NCBI GenBank assembly: GCA_963805975.1
Contig: CAWDVR010000005.1
Span: 608,001 to 672,000, forward strand
Reading direction: 5' to 3'
DNA: 64,000 nt
Origin: an uncultured Acidobacteriota bacterium
GTDB taxonomy: Bacteria > Acidobacteriota > Thermoanaerobaculia > Multivoradales > SZUA-115
The notes beneath the pieces were generated by a model. It ran no database searches. It saw only the letters and a list, made by a program, of their open reading frames with translations, and was not told the origin of the DNA. The translations under genes were made by a program, and so were the position numbers. This document shows, one piece after another, positions 40,927 to 52,004 of this stretch (the first letter of the stretch is position 1; each line of letters opens with the position of its first letter).

Positions 40927-42131
40927 ATGCCTCACAGTCCTTGCGTGAAGATAATTTGCCTTGCCCGTACAACCCACCGCAACGTCGGCAGATCCTTCGG
41001 CATCCGTGATCGCGATCGCCTCTCCCACCTCTACACGATCGGCAAGACGGGCACCGGCAAGTCCACGCTCCTCAAGACCCTCATCGCCCAAGACTTCGCT
41101 GCGGGCAATGGCCTCGCACTCTTCGACCCTCACGGAGACCTCGTAGAGGAGTTGCTTGGGCTCGTACCTTCCTCTCGCCAGGCCGACCTCATCTACCTCA
41201 ACGTCCCGGACTCATCCCAGGCCTTCTTCTTTAACGCGTTAAGAGATGTCCCTGCAGGTCAGGAGGCTCTCGCTGTAGCGGGCCTGGTCGAAGTCTTCAA
41301 GAAGCTCTGGCCGGATGATTGGGGGCCGCGGCTTGAGCATCTCCTGCGAAACGTCCTTTTCACCTTGGTCGAGACACCTGGGGCACACCTCGGGCTCATT
41401 CCGCGCCTCCTCTCTGACCGCGACTGGCGGCGGGATGTCGTGAAGAAGATCCGCAACGAAGAAGTACGCTCGTTCTGGCAGACCGAGTTTGAGCGGTACT
41501 CCCAGCCTTTCGGGCAGTCGTCACGGCACCCCTCCTCAACAAAGTCGGGGCGTTCCTCACCGACCCTCGCCTCAAGGCGATCCTCACTGGAGAGCGGTCG
41601 TCGTTTGACCTGCGGAAGGTGATGGACGAGGGGAAGATCCTCTTGGTGAATCTCGCCCGTGGTCGGATCGGGGAAGGGCCTGCCGCGCTCCTAGGCTCCC
41701 TCCTGGTTTCGTCGCTCTCTCTGGCTGCATTCGCCCGCGCAGATCAACCCGAGGAGGCTCGCCGGCCGTTCTTCCTCTACCTCGACGAGTTCCACACGTT
41801 CGCCACCCTCTCTCTCGCGACCATGCTCTCGGAGCTGCGGAAGTACCGTGTCGGCCTGGTCTTGGCCCACCAGTACCTCTCGCAGCTTGAGACCGAGATC
41901 CGCGATGCAGTCTTCGGGAACGTGGGCACGCTGATCTCGTTTCGTGTCGGCGCCTTGGACGCACCCGTGATCGCCCGCGAGCTGTCTCCTACGTTCGAGC
42001 CTGACGACCTGATCTCGCTCCCGAACTACCACATCTACCTGCGGCTCATGATCGACGGGGAGCCGAGCAAGCCGTTTAGTGCGAGGACGATCCAGCCGGA
42101 GGAGGTGCGCTTCCTCCAGCGAGCTGCCTGA
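40927..42131 (+). pseudogene. VirD4/TraD-like coupling ATPase, one frameshift near 41510
   Basis: GKTGTGKS, FDPHGD, FFLYLDEF and ELRKYRVGLVLAHQYLSQL motifs. Confidence 0.9.
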
Positions 42132-42255
42132 CATTCTTCGTGGAGTAGGTGGCCGGAGACCATAAAGCTTGGAGGTGGATAAGTAAGCAAGGGGGCAACT
42201 CTGGGACTTAATCGAGCGACCGGGTCACTTCTCCATCATAGAGGAACCCTCGACC

Positions 42256-42723
42256 CTAGAACCTGACAGTAAAGTTCACGCTTTCTCCTGCGCGCAACTG
42301 AAGCCTCTGTGAAATTTGAGTGACTTGCTCTCGGCTGCCGGTCGCAGGGTCAATGATGAAGCCGTTCAAGATAACCTGGTAGAGCATGACCGCACGTTCC
42401 TGACGAATCACGGTAACTCTCACGGTGTGGTTGCCGGGCGAGATTCCCTGAACGTCTCCGGCGATCGCGCAATTGAACTCACATCCGTCTCCTGTCCTGC
42501 TCCAGTCGGTACGGCCGACCTCCCGGCCGTCAAAAAAGGTGGCGCCTTCCAAAATACCACCCTGAAAGTTACCGGGTATAGGGAAGACGTTGAATTGGAA
42601 GCGCTTGCCGGTTGGTGGAGGCGGCTCAGTGGGGCCACCGCCACCACCGCCTCCTCCGCCACAGGCAAAGCACAGCAGGGACAGGCCGAAGACTGCGAGT
42701 GCGGAACTGAATCTGCGGTTCAT
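42256..42723 (-). CDS. Lipoprotein, hypothetical
   Basis: Lipobox CFAC followed by a poly-Gly/Pro linker; GGAGG RBS. Confidence 0.75.
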   Translation of the reverse strand: MNRRFSSALAVFGLSLLCFACGGGGGGGGGPTEPPPPTGKRFQFNVFPIPGNFQGGILEGATFFDGREVGRTDWSRTGDGCEFNCAIAGDVQGISPGNHTVRVTVIRQERAVMLYQVILNGFIIDPATGSREQVTQISQRLQLRAGESVNFTVRF

Positions 42724-43003
42724 ACAGGGTTTCCTCCGTTTCGGTGGCGCTCCAGCTCGTTCAGGTTCGGCACTCGCCGATCCGTAAACGCGGTTCTGGG
42801 AGCCTGAACGGCGCGAGCGCGGTGCGGAAGAAGGAGAGGAAGGGGAAGGAGCGGGAGGCAGGCGGCTCGAAGCAGGCGCATGTAGTCCCTCCGGGTCGTG
42901 GTTGCCCTTCGACCCTGCGTCGTCAGGTCGGCAACAGGGTTCCGAGTCAGTCTTCTCGGCTTGGCTGAAGGGCGGTCGTTTGGAGGAGACTATACACCAA
43001 GAT

Positions 43004-43028
43004 GATGTACACCGCGTTGGTGTACATC
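43004..43028. promoter_or_regulatory. Palindromic operator upstream of the XRE gene
   Basis: GATGTACACC-GCGTT-GGTGTACATC perfect 10-bp inverted repeat. Confidence 0.65.
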
Positions 43029-43045
43029 AAGAATGGGGATACACA

Positions 43046-43270
43046 ATGCGGGTGTCGTCGTGGCGCCCGGGACGTTATGAGCAGCTGCTCGTCCGACTTC
43101 GGGCGGCGCGGCTCCAAGCAGACCTCACGCAAGTCGAGGTAGCAGAGGCACTTAAGGTTCCGCAGCAGCACGTCTCGCGGATCGAGCTTGGGGAGCGCCG
43201 GATCGATCCCGTGGAGCTCTTCGAACTCGCGGAGCTCTACGGCAAGCCCCTCTGCTTCTTTTTCGACTAG
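43046..43270 (+). CDS. XRE-family HTH regulator
   Basis: LRAARLQADLTQVEVAEALKVPQQHVSRIELGERRIDPVEL. Confidence 0.92.
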   Translation: MRVSSWRPGRYEQLLVRLRAARLQADLTQVEVAEALKVPQQHVSRIELGERRIDPVELFELAELYGKPLCFFFD

Positions 43271-43428
43271 GCAACAGGCTCTCTGACGGGTCGGCTGCGG
43301 GAGTCGCTCGCCTCCCTGCGAACTGGCTCAGGTTGTCCGTCTCACTCCGCATAAACGCGTTTGTGGTTGGCCGGAAGTCCGCTCCTGCGGCTCGCCCGGC
43401 CCTGACACGCGATACTGCGGGAGGAACC

Positions 43429-44100
43429 ATGCCGCTACGCACCTCGACTGTCCTCTCCCACTGGCACCAGCTCTTCGAGGGCTTCTCGACCTCGACCCAG
43501 GAGTTCTACGCCGCCGTCGAAGAGGCGGTCCGGCGCGGAACCTCCCCGAGATCGAGATCTCGCGCGTCCTTTTCAAGGAAGGCGGCATCGCGTCCGCGGA
43601 CCGCGAGTACCTGCGGGTGCAGCGGAAGCGGATCGCCTTCGACATCTGCTCGGCGCCATACGGAGGCGGCCACTTCTTCTCCTGGTGGCTCGCGCGAGAT
43701 CCCGCCGCAGTACGGGCTCCTCATCACGCTCGGCGTCCTGGTCGTCGTCTTCGTCATGGCTCTTCGCCGTGCAGGCGTTCTGCGCCGCTTATCCGGCGGA
43801 CAGCTGCGCGGGGTTTCTTCGTCGCTCGTGCTTTCGTCCTTGGGTTGCCGGTCATCCTTCTCTTCTTCGGCTTTCTGGTCCGCGAGGGCATCGTCGGAGA
43901 CGAGGAGTGGGTGCTCTCGCTCTCCGATCCTCGGCTACCTCTATCTCATCGCCTTCAACCCCGCCACGTACTACCGACTCGACACCGCGATGATGTTCCG
44001 CGACTCGATACGGAGCGCCGTCGAGGAGGTCGTTAACCAGGTCGCGAGACCGCGCAGGGACTCCGAGCGCTCTCGCCGGGAAGACTTCGCGACCACATGA
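43429..44100 (+). pseudogene. Membrane protein of the mobilisation module, frameshifted
   Basis: GGAGGA RBS; HWHQLFEGF..EFYAAVE, EYLRVQR..FDICSAPYG..FFSWW, TM helices, TYYRLDTAMMF. Confidence 0.7.
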
Positions 44101-44118
44101 GGACGGCGGACGTGCGTG

Positions 44119-47100
44119 ATGCGCTCGCCTGATCGAGCGCGCTGACCGAGCACTTCTATGAATGGGAACTCCGGGGCCGCGGGTGGCGAAGCGTACGGCC
44201 ATCCCGTAGCCCTGGAGCCACCTTTCGCGCCCTTCATCCATACCGCCACGCCTGTAGAGGTCGACGACGGCAGGCAGCCGACATTCGCTCTCAGCCCTCC
44301 TCGAACGGTTCTTCTCGCGGAAGCAGCCGCCACAGAGCCCGGCTGAGGCCGAGCTCAGAGCCGGAGCCGCACACCTCGAGGGCCGAGCGCTCGTCGAGTT
44401 CTCAATTCCCTCAGATGCACGTTCTCCGTCGAGGCGCACTCGCCGTCTTCCTCGGCGCCTGCGCCGCCCGTCGGCCCGGTTTCCTTCGAGCTCTCGGCGA
44501 TCGAGGGGAGGATCGTCGTGCGGCTGCCGCATACGAGACTCGACGCTCTGTTCCTTGACAGCTGCGCGGCCGTTCTTCCCGGGCCTGACACTTCAGAAGG
44601 CGGCGCCCCTCGAAGACGAAGTCTGGCGGTTCGGGGAAGGACGCAGCGGAGTCGAGTCGCGGGCTTTGAGTTTGGCCTTGCCCGCGAGTTCATGGTCGCT
44701 CCGCTCTCCGAAGCACTTCGGCTCGATCCGCTCCTCGCGACTCGTCGGCGCCCTTGCGAGCCGAAGCGGGGAGCATCGGCGCAGTCGTCCAGGTCCTCTT
44801 CCAGGGACGCGCGCTGCGCCTGGAGCAGCGAGCGATCTCGCGGGCGGTGCGCACTCCCTGGGGCGACCCCTTCTTCGCGGACGCCCCTGAGATGACGAAG
44901 CTCGCCGGTGAGAAGATCGTCGCGCCCGCTCTTCGCGGTCGCTCTCCGCGTCGCTCGTCTGCGGAGACCAGGAGGGCGGAGCTGTGGACAGGCGCTGCGG
45001 AGCTTGGCGAGCGCACTCACGCGCATCGGCGTCCGGGCGAGCAGGAATTCATGCCGCTCTTGGAGATCGAGAGCCGGAGCTACTCGCTGACGTACTCCTC
45101 GCGCACGACGCACCGCGTCCGGGCATGCTCCTCTCTTCCGAGGAACTCGCGCTCCTGGTGCACCCGCCGGCACTCCGTCTGCCTCCGAGAGCGTCGCCGC
45201 GGGACGGAGAGCGCACCAAGGCCGCGCCGCCTGAAGCTCATCGGGCGGGATCCTCATCGGCGAGAACGTCCACGAGGGGCAGAGCGATCGGAGATCACGC
45301 CTCTCGTGACGCTCCGGACGAAGCATGTCCACGTCGTCGGCGCATCGGGCACCGGGCAAGTCAACGCTCCTCGTGAACCTGATCCTCGCAGGACATCGAG
45401 GACGGTCACGGCGTTGCGGTGTCTCGAGCCGCACGGCGATCTCGATCGACGAGGTGCTCGCGCGGATTCCTCCGAGGACGCCGAGCCGATGTCATCCTCT
45501 TCGACCCGTCGCGCACAGACCTCACCCGTCGGCTGGAACATGCTCGCCGCTCATTCGGACGCGGAGAAGGAAATTCTCGCCTCCGACCTCGTGTGCGGTC
45601 TTCCGGCGGCTCTCGACCTCCTGGGGCGACCAGATGACGGCGGTTCTCGCCAATGCCATCCTCGCGTTCCTGGAGTCCGATCGCGGCGGGACGCTCCTCG
45701 ATCTGCGGCGCTTCCTCGTTGACGCAGAAGTTCCGAACCGCGTTTCTCGCGACGGTTCGCGACCCGTATGCCCGCTCGTTCTGGGAAACCGAGTTTCCGC
45801 TTGCTCGGAGGACGGAACTCCGCAGGGGCCGATCCTCACCCGGCTCGACTACGTTCCTGCGCGGCAAAGCTGCTGCGGCGGATGGTTACCGAAGCTGACA
45901 ATCCGATCGACTTCAGAGCGCTGGTCGAAGCGGGCGGGATCTTCCTCGGCAAGCTCTCGCAGGGCGCAATCGGGGAGGAGAACGCCGCGCTCCTTGGATC
46001 GCTCCTCGTCTCCCAGCTCCACCAGGTCGCGCTCATGCGCCAGGACACCGAGGCTGCCGCCCGTCGCCCGTTCTTCTTCTACGTGGACGAATTCCAGCAC
46101 TTCGCCACCGCCTCCATGGCCTCGCTCTTCTCCGGCGCGCGGAAGTATCGGCCTCGGCCTCACCGTCGCCCACCAGGATCTTTACCAGCTCCATGCGAAG
46201 GCGCCGGATGTCGAGCGCGCAGTTATGGCCAATGCATACCTGCGCGTGGTCTTCCGGGTCGGAGACGAGGACGCCCGAGCGCTGGAGAAGGGCCTCTCGT
46301 TTTTCGAGGCGAGCGACCTCACGACGCTCTCGACCGGCGAGACGATCGTTCGCGTCGGCCGCAGCGACCACGACTTCAGGATGGAAACCGAAGCCCTGCC
46401 TCCGAGGGCTGGCGAATCGAGCCGGGAGGCAATCCTCGGTCTTCTGCGAAAGCGATATCCGGCCCATGAGGAGGAGGCGGTACCTGTGCCGGTGGAGGCG
46501 CCGCGGCCGGCTCCCGTATTCACACCGGAGCCGACACCGAAGGCGGCTGTGCCACCGCCCGAGCCGACCATCGACAAATTGACACTCGACTATCTCTCCC
46601 TCACGGCCTCCGCTCCCTTCCTCACCGTGAGGGAGCGGAATGAGGCGCTCTCCCTGAGCGCGTGGCGCGGGAACGCCGTGAAGGACGAGATTCTCCAGCG
46701 GGGGCTCGCCCGCGAAGTCGCCATAAACCCCGGCGGGCGGGGTGAGCGGTTCAAGCTCCTTGAGCTGACGGCTGAGGGTCGGACACTCCTCTCGCGCTTC
46801 TCTGTGGCCCTTCCAGCCGGCTACGGGCGCGGCGGCATAGCCCACCAATGGTGGGCCAACCGGATCGCCTCGTGGCTCGCTCTCCAGGGCATGGAGCCCA
46901 TTGTCGAGGACGCCTCGTCAGGCGCGCGTGTGGATCTCGCCTTCCGTGCGGGCACGGAGCGCATCGCTCTTGAGATCGAGCTCTCCGACAGGCACGTTGT
47001 GGAGAATGTGCGCAAGGACACCGAGGCAGGGTTCGATCGGATCGTCATCCTCGCGGGGGAGTTGGTCAACATCGGGAGCCTCAGCGCGAAGCTGGGGGAG

Positions 47101-47484
47101 TTGCCACCGCATGTCCAGATCGCGGAGCTTCAGTCCTTCGAGGCCCTCATCGCCCCTCTCCTCACTCCTCTTCCTCCCGTACGACGCCCGAACCAAAACC
47201 AAGAACCAAGACGCCGCAGGCGGCTGGGAACCGCGCAGACTCCTTCGCCGCGTCCCGTGCTCGATCCATTCGACTCCGGAGCGCTGGCCACGCCCTCAGC
47301 CGCCGCCTTCTTGGGGCTTTCGCCGGCGACCCTGGAGACGCTGCGCTGCCGCGGTGGCGGGCCGCCCTTCGTGAAGCTTGGGCGGCGGGTGGTGTACCGG
47401 CGTGAGGACTTGGAGGCGTGGATTACGAGCAGTCGGAGGGCGTCAACGAGCGCTGAGAGCGCCCCCAAAATCCGCCCAACGTGA
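44119..47484 (+). pseudogene. Large VirD4/HerA-like ATPase with C-terminal nuclease-like and excisionase-like HTH domains, frameshifted
   Basis: LTEHFYEWELRGRGW N-terminus; HVHVVGASGTG Walker A; FFFYVDEFQ; VAHQDLYQL; RVDLAF..IALEIEL; terminal AAAFLGLSPATLETLRCRGGGPPFVKLGRRVVYRREDLEAW. Confidence 0.85.
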
Positions 47485-47499
47485 TTGCCATGTGATTGC
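47481..47499 (+). promoter_or_regulatory. Putative integrase arm-type binding site pair (right)
   Basis: GTGATTGC-CAT-GTGATTGC, same as 19125-19143 apart from one base. Confidence 0.7.
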
Positions 47500-47549
47500 C
47501 AGCGAGGCGGGAGAGGATTCGCTGGGTTCCGCTAAGTCCTTGAGAGTAT

Positions 47550-47625
<76 letters not shown>

Positions 47626-47642
47626 ACGCGTGGGAACGGCAG

Positions 47643-47672
47643 AATGTAGCGGCTCGGCTCGGCGAGTGTCAA
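47643..47672 (-). promoter_or_regulatory. Sigma70 promoter of tRNA-Ala
   Basis: TTGACA-N18-TACATT, 17 nt upstream of the tRNA. Confidence 0.7.
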
Positions 47673-47721
47673 GCTCGGCGTGAGCGAGACTTTGGAACTG
47701 TAGGCGTAGAATGTCGTAGCC

Positions 47722-48288
47722 ATGACCCCGGAAGCACAGGCCACCGCCGCGCCTCTCAAGAGCCTTAGCCGGCAGGCGAAGCTCGGTCTAGTCGCCGTGG
47801 CGATCACTGCGGCGGTCGCGCTGTTCTGGCCCCGCAGCGAGACCCGCGATGCGCCCGGCGGCTTCCTCTACGATCCGGACGGCCGCCCTGCGACCTTGGG
47901 CGAGCGGGTGGCCCCGGTAACGCTGCTGCACTTCTGGGCTACCTGGTGCGCTCCCTGTGTGACCGAGATCCCTTCTCTCAACCGCCTCGGAGCGGAGGTC
48001 GGCAACGACGACTTCGCGATCGTGATGGTGGCGGTCGACGACGAGCAGGAGAAGGTGGCGCCGTTCCTGGGGAAGAGGGCGGCGATGGCGCTCTACGATC
48101 CTTCGTGGGAAGTCGCCCACCGCTACGGCACCTACAAGCTGCCCGAGACCTATCTGGTGGTGGCCAACAAGGTGGTCGAACGGTTCGTCGGCGCTCAGGA
48201 CTGGGACAGCCCCGAGCTGCGGCGGCGCCTGGCCGAGAAGGTGGCGGCGTACCACCCGTCCGGCCTGACTTACGTCGCCGAGCGCTAG
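47722..48288 (+). CDS. TlpA-family thiol:disulfide oxidoreductase
   Basis: N-terminal TM; HFWATWCAPC; LPETY cis-Pro motif. Confidence 0.92.
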   Translation: MTPEAQATAAPLKSLSRQAKLGLVAVAITAAVALFWPRSETRDAPGGFLYDPDGRPATLGERVAPVTLLHFWATWCAPCVTEIPSLNRLGAEVGNDDFAIVMVAVDDEQEKVAPFLGKRAAMALYDPSWEVAHRYGTYKLPETYLVVANKVVERFVGAQDWDSPELRRRLAEKVAAYHPSGLTYVAER

Positions 48289-48307
48289 AACGACCAGAAA
48301 CCGGAGG

Positions 48308-48859
48308 TTAGAAGTGGAAGGCTACGCCGGCCTGCCCGGTGACGAAGGTCTGAGCGTCGTCGAGGTTCGCCCAGTGCCCGGCGAGATCGATGATGAAGTT
48401 CAATCTCCGGGTCAGCTCGAACTCACCGGTCAGGCCCAGTACCAACCCGAAGGAGGTGTCGGTGCGGGTGTCGCCACCGGCGAGCGGGTTGCCCTCCAGG
48501 CGATAGCCCCCCAGGCCGAAGTAGACGCCGGACTCGTAGAAGGCGTGATCGTAGCGGTACTCGCCGGAGATGTTGACGTAGTCGAGCCCGGCCTCGGTGA
48601 GCTCCTCGAAGATCTCGTCGTCATCGAGGTCGAGGTGACCGACCCGCAGGGCGAGGTGGGTCTTGGGCTCGGTGACCAGAGCGGCGGTCAACTGGTAGGC
48701 CGTGTTGGACAGCGAGTCCCCGGGATTGGCGTCGAGCGAGCCACCGAGACCACCCAGGGCGCCCACCGTGAAGGTGTAACGATCCTGGGCCGCGGCCGGC
48801 GAGGCGGCCAGGCTCAGGACGAAGAGAAGGCACGAGCAGGGTAGCAGTCTCAGCTTCAA
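48308..48859 (-). CDS. Outer-membrane beta-barrel protein
   Basis: GGAGG RBS with TTG start; signal peptide; alternating strands; ends GVAFHF. Confidence 0.8.
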   Translation of the reverse strand: MKLRLLPCSCLLFVLSLAASPAAAQDRYTFTVGALGGLGGSLDANPGDSLSNTAYQLTAALVTEPKTHLALRVGHLDLDDDEIFEELTEAGLDYVNISGEYRYDHAFYESGVYFGLGGYRLEGNPLAGGDTRTDTSFGLVLGLTGEFELTRRLNFIIDLAGHWANLDDAQTFVTGQAGVAFHF

Positions 48860-48986
48860 GGCTTTTTCCTCCGGCGTACTTTTTTGCTCCGGCGTAAGTA
48901 TAGCGCTCGGCAATCCGTCTCTTGGTTCGACGCCGGGTCCCTCCGTCCGGAGCCCGGGCGCACTCCGCGTATACGGTCCAGGCCCC

Positions 48987-49835
48987 ATGCCCGTCACAAC
49001 CTCCTGGCTCGCCAACCTCCTCGACTGGCTCCTGCCTCATCGCTGCCTCGGCTGTGGCAAGGCCATCCGGGGGAGAGCCGCGCCCTTGAGTCTCTGCGCC
49101 GGTTGTCGTGATCGGCTGCGGCCGGTGGGAGCCGGCTGCGCGCTTTGCGGGCGGCCGCTGGCCGGCGCCCGCCTGCCCGCGGGCTATCGCTGTGGCCGCT
49201 GCCGCGCTCAGCCGCCGCTGCTGTCCCGGCTGCTCGCAGCCTTCTCCTACGAGCCACCTCTCGACACCGTGATCCTGGCGCTCAAATTCTCTCGTCTCGA
49301 ATACCTCGGCAGGCACCTGGCCGTGGCGGCCTGGCAACGGCTGGGGTCCGACCTCCTGGTTCCCGACGCCGTGGTGCCCGTGCCTCTGCACTGGAGGCGG
49401 CGCTGGGTGCGAGGTTTCAACCAGGCAGAGCTGATCGCGAACCCACTCGCCGAGCTGCTCGCCGTGCCTTGTCGCCGGGAGCTGTGCCGCCGCCGCGCCA
49501 CGGCGCCGCAGGCGGGGCTCCCCCGGGCGGAGCGCCTGCTGAACCCCCGCCGCGCCTTCCGCGTGCGCCGGCCGGCCGACGTCGCCGGCAAGCGCCTGCT
49601 GCTGATCGACGACGTGGTCACCACCGGAGCGACGCTCGAAGCTGCGGCGCGGGAGCTTCTCGCCGCCGGCGCCACCCGCGTCGAGGCGCTGGTGATGGCG
49701 CGCACTCCGGAGCCGGCGCGCCGGGACAGGCCCGTCCTCGACCGGCTACACTGTTCTCCCCAGATCTCCTCGGCTTCGAGCCCGATCACTGGCATGGCTC
49801 TTGAAGACCTAAAGCGCCGACATGAATGCGTTTGA
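48987..49835 (+). CDS. comF: ComF-family double-zinc-ribbon phosphoribosyltransferase-like protein
   Basis: Four CxxC pairs; VPVPLH, RGFNQA and LLIDDVVTTGAT motifs. Confidence 0.92.
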   Translation: MPVTTSWLANLLDWLLPHRCLGCGKAIRGRAAPLSLCAGCRDRLRPVGAGCALCGRPLAGARLPAGYRCGRCRAQPPLLSRLLAAFSYEPPLDTVILALKFSRLEYLGRHLAVAAWQRLGSDLLVPDAVVPVPLHWRRRWVRGFNQAELIANPLAELLAVPCRRELCRRRATAPQAGLPRAERLLNPRRAFRVRRPADVAGKRLLLIDDVVTTGATLEAAARELLAAGATRVEALVMARTPEPARRDRPVLDRLHCSPQISSASSPITGMALEDLKRRHECV

Positions 49836-51846
49836 CAGCCCAGGGACGCAGGACTACACTGACTCCCTGAATTACTGTCGATCTCCCAAACCTCCCATGA
49901 TGGTGGCCAAGACAGACACGGGCGGAACGTCGATCAGCCGTGCCTCGCGGCGTGGTCGGCGCTTGGCGAGCGGGCTGCTCGCGGCCGGCCTGTGGCTCTC
50001 CGCGAGCGCTGGCGCCGAGGAGCCTCAGGGCTTTCTCGCCGGCATGGTCCGGGGCACCGAGGCCACACCCATCGTCTCGGCACAGGTCTACGCCTACAGC
50101 ATGGCCGACTTCGAGCTGCGCAAGGTTCTCACCGACCTCGCCGGCCGCTTCCAGTTCGCCGGCCTGCCGGCGGGTCTCTACAACATCGTCGCCTACAAGC
50201 CGGGCTTCGTGCCGGCGGTGGTGGCGCTGATCCGGCCGGAAGCCGAGCGTGACCAGACGTTGGACGTCCACCTGCTGCCGGAGGACCCTTCGCAGCCCCA
50301 CGCCGCGGAGGACTACTGGGAAGCCAGGAGCAGGGTACCGGCAGACGTGCTGCGCGACATCGAGACGCAGGCCTTCGACACCACTCCCGCCGGCAGTTCT
50401 CTGGCCGAATCTTTGAGCCGCTTCTCGACCGGCCTCGAAGCCAGCACCGGCGTCGACGACATCGTCGCTCTGGGCGAGGCCCAATTGACCGGCGGGCGCT
50501 TGAGCTTCGAGGGCCAGCTCGAGCGGGTCGACATCGGCGTGCAAGGCGATTTCTGGCGTCTCCAACCGACGACCTCGATGGGCGCTCAGCAGGCGGCGGT
50601 CGAAGGCAGCGCCAACCAGGTGTCGGTCGACTTGAAGAGCCAGAGCGAGTCGCACTTCAGCCTGACCACGGCGAGCAACCGCCTGGTCACCCGGCAGGGC
50701 GGCATCGAGCGGCCGGTGGACTTCGACCGCGTTCGCCTCGACTACTCCCAGGCCTGGGGCGAGAGCGGTGGCGAGTCCGCCTTCTCCGCGCAGGTGATCG
50801 ACGAGGCCAATTTCTACAGCGGCGGCGCCCTGGAGCCGGCCGACATCCCGCGGGCCTCGCGGACCTGGGAAGTGGAAGGGAGCTACAGCCGGGAGATCTC
50901 GGACCGCACCATGGTGGCGACCGGCGTGCGCTACCGCGAGCGCCAGGCGGAGATGCTGCTGGGCCCGGCGCTGTCCCCGGTGCTGCCCGGTCCGGTCGAC
51001 CGCATGGACATCTTCGGCGAAGGCGGCTACCGGGTGCGGCCGGCGATGCTCATCGAGTACGGCGTGTACACGGTGCTGCGCGACGGCAACCTGGCGCTGG
51101 CCCCGCAGGGCGGCCTGGTGTTGCAGATCAACCCGCACTGGCAGGTGGCGGGCAGGGCGAGCAGCCGCTTCTCGGACGAGGACTCCTTCGAGGGCCTGGC
51201 GAGCGACTTCCTGCCGACCCTGTATCGCAGCACGCAGTCGGCCTGTGACCAGGGTGACGAACGTTGCTACCAGGTCCAGCTCACTCGCAAGGAGGGCGAC
51301 GAGACGTTGTCCCTGGGGGCCGTGCACCGCGAGCTGGGAGAGACCCTCAGGCTCTACTTCAGTGACGACTTCTTCGACCGCCAGGAAAGCGTGTACCTGG
51401 TCCCCGGCGACCGGCTCCCGGAGCTGCAGTTGGCCGTTACTCACCGCCTGTCGCCCAATATCCTGACGCGGCTCGAGTCGACCTATGCCGACGGCGGCGG
51501 CGGAACCTTCTACGCCTCGAACCGCGACGCGTACGAGAACGAGGTCCGCTACCTGATCACCTCGGTGGACGCCCAGTTCCGTTCGACCTCGACGGGCGTC
51601 TTCCTGGCCTTCCACCAGCTCGAGCAGAGCCTGCTGCCGCAGATGGCGGGCGCGCCGGCCATGGAGCCTCTGCTTTCCGAGCGCCTCCAGCTCAAGGTCA
51701 GCCAGGATCTGAACGTGCTCCTCGATCTGCCGGCGGACTGGGCTCTCCAGCTCAATATGGAGCTCTCCCGCGGCAGTCTCTCCGACGACGAGGACAAGGA
51801 CGCCCTCCGGCGCCGGATCCTCGGCGGCATCGCCGTCAAGTTCTAG
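49822..51846 (+). CDS. Outer-membrane protein with carboxypeptidase-regulatory-like N-domain and beta-barrel
   Basis: Signal peptide; TDLAGRFQFAGLPAGLYNI; ends GGIAVKF; start may be ~49898. Confidence 0.75.
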   Translation: MNAFDSPGTQDYTDSLNYCRSPKPPMMVAKTDTGGTSISRASRRGRRLASGLLAAGLWLSASAGAEEPQGFLAGMVRGTEATPIVSAQVYAYSMADFELRKVLTDLAGRFQFAGLPAGLYNIVAYKPGFVPAVVALIRPEAERDQTLDVHLLPEDPSQPHAAEDYWEARSRVPADVLRDIETQAFDTTPAGSSLAESLSRFSTGLEASTGVDDIVALGEAQLTGGRLSFEGQLERVDIGVQGDFWRLQPTTSMGAQQAAVEGSANQVSVDLKSQSESHFSLTTASNRLVTRQGGIERPVDFDRVRLDYSQAWGESGGESAFSAQVIDEANFYSGGALEPADIPRASRTWEVEGSYSREISDRTMVATGVRYRERQAEMLLGPALSPVLPGPVDRMDIFGEGGYRVRPAMLIEYGVYTVLRDGNLALAPQGGLVLQINPHWQVAGRASSRFSDEDSFEGLASDFLPTLYRSTQSACDQGDERCYQVQLTRKEGDETLSLGAVHRELGETLRLYFSDDFFDRQESVYLVPGDRLPELQLAVTHRLSPNILTRLESTYADGGGGTFYASNRDAYENEVRYLITSVDAQFRSTSTGVFLAFHQLEQSLLPQMAGAPAMEPLLSERLQLKVSQDLNVLLDLPADWALQLNMELSRGSLSDDEDKDALRRRILGGIAVKF

Positions 51847-51954
51847 CCCCATTCCTTTGAATCCAAAAATCCGGTCCGACTCCGGGCGTTTGGATCAAGT
51901 CGGCTAAATTCTCTATCCAAAGGCCTGAGCAGGCCATCCAAAGCATTGTACTGG

Positions 51955-51970
51955 TGGCACGAACTGTGCT
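51955..51970 (+). promoter_or_regulatory. Sigma54 (-24/-12) promoter
   Basis: TGGCACGAACTGTGCT = GG-N10-GC, 35 nt upstream of the kinase ATG. Confidence 0.65.
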
Positions 51971-52004
51971 GAGCTAGGAGCCGGTCAAGGAACCCGCTAG
52001 CTCG

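Noticed and set aside
40927-47484. Complete conjugative type IV secretion system
   Set aside because: Only coupling-type ATPases are present; no recognisable VirB4, pilin, core complex or HUH relaxase
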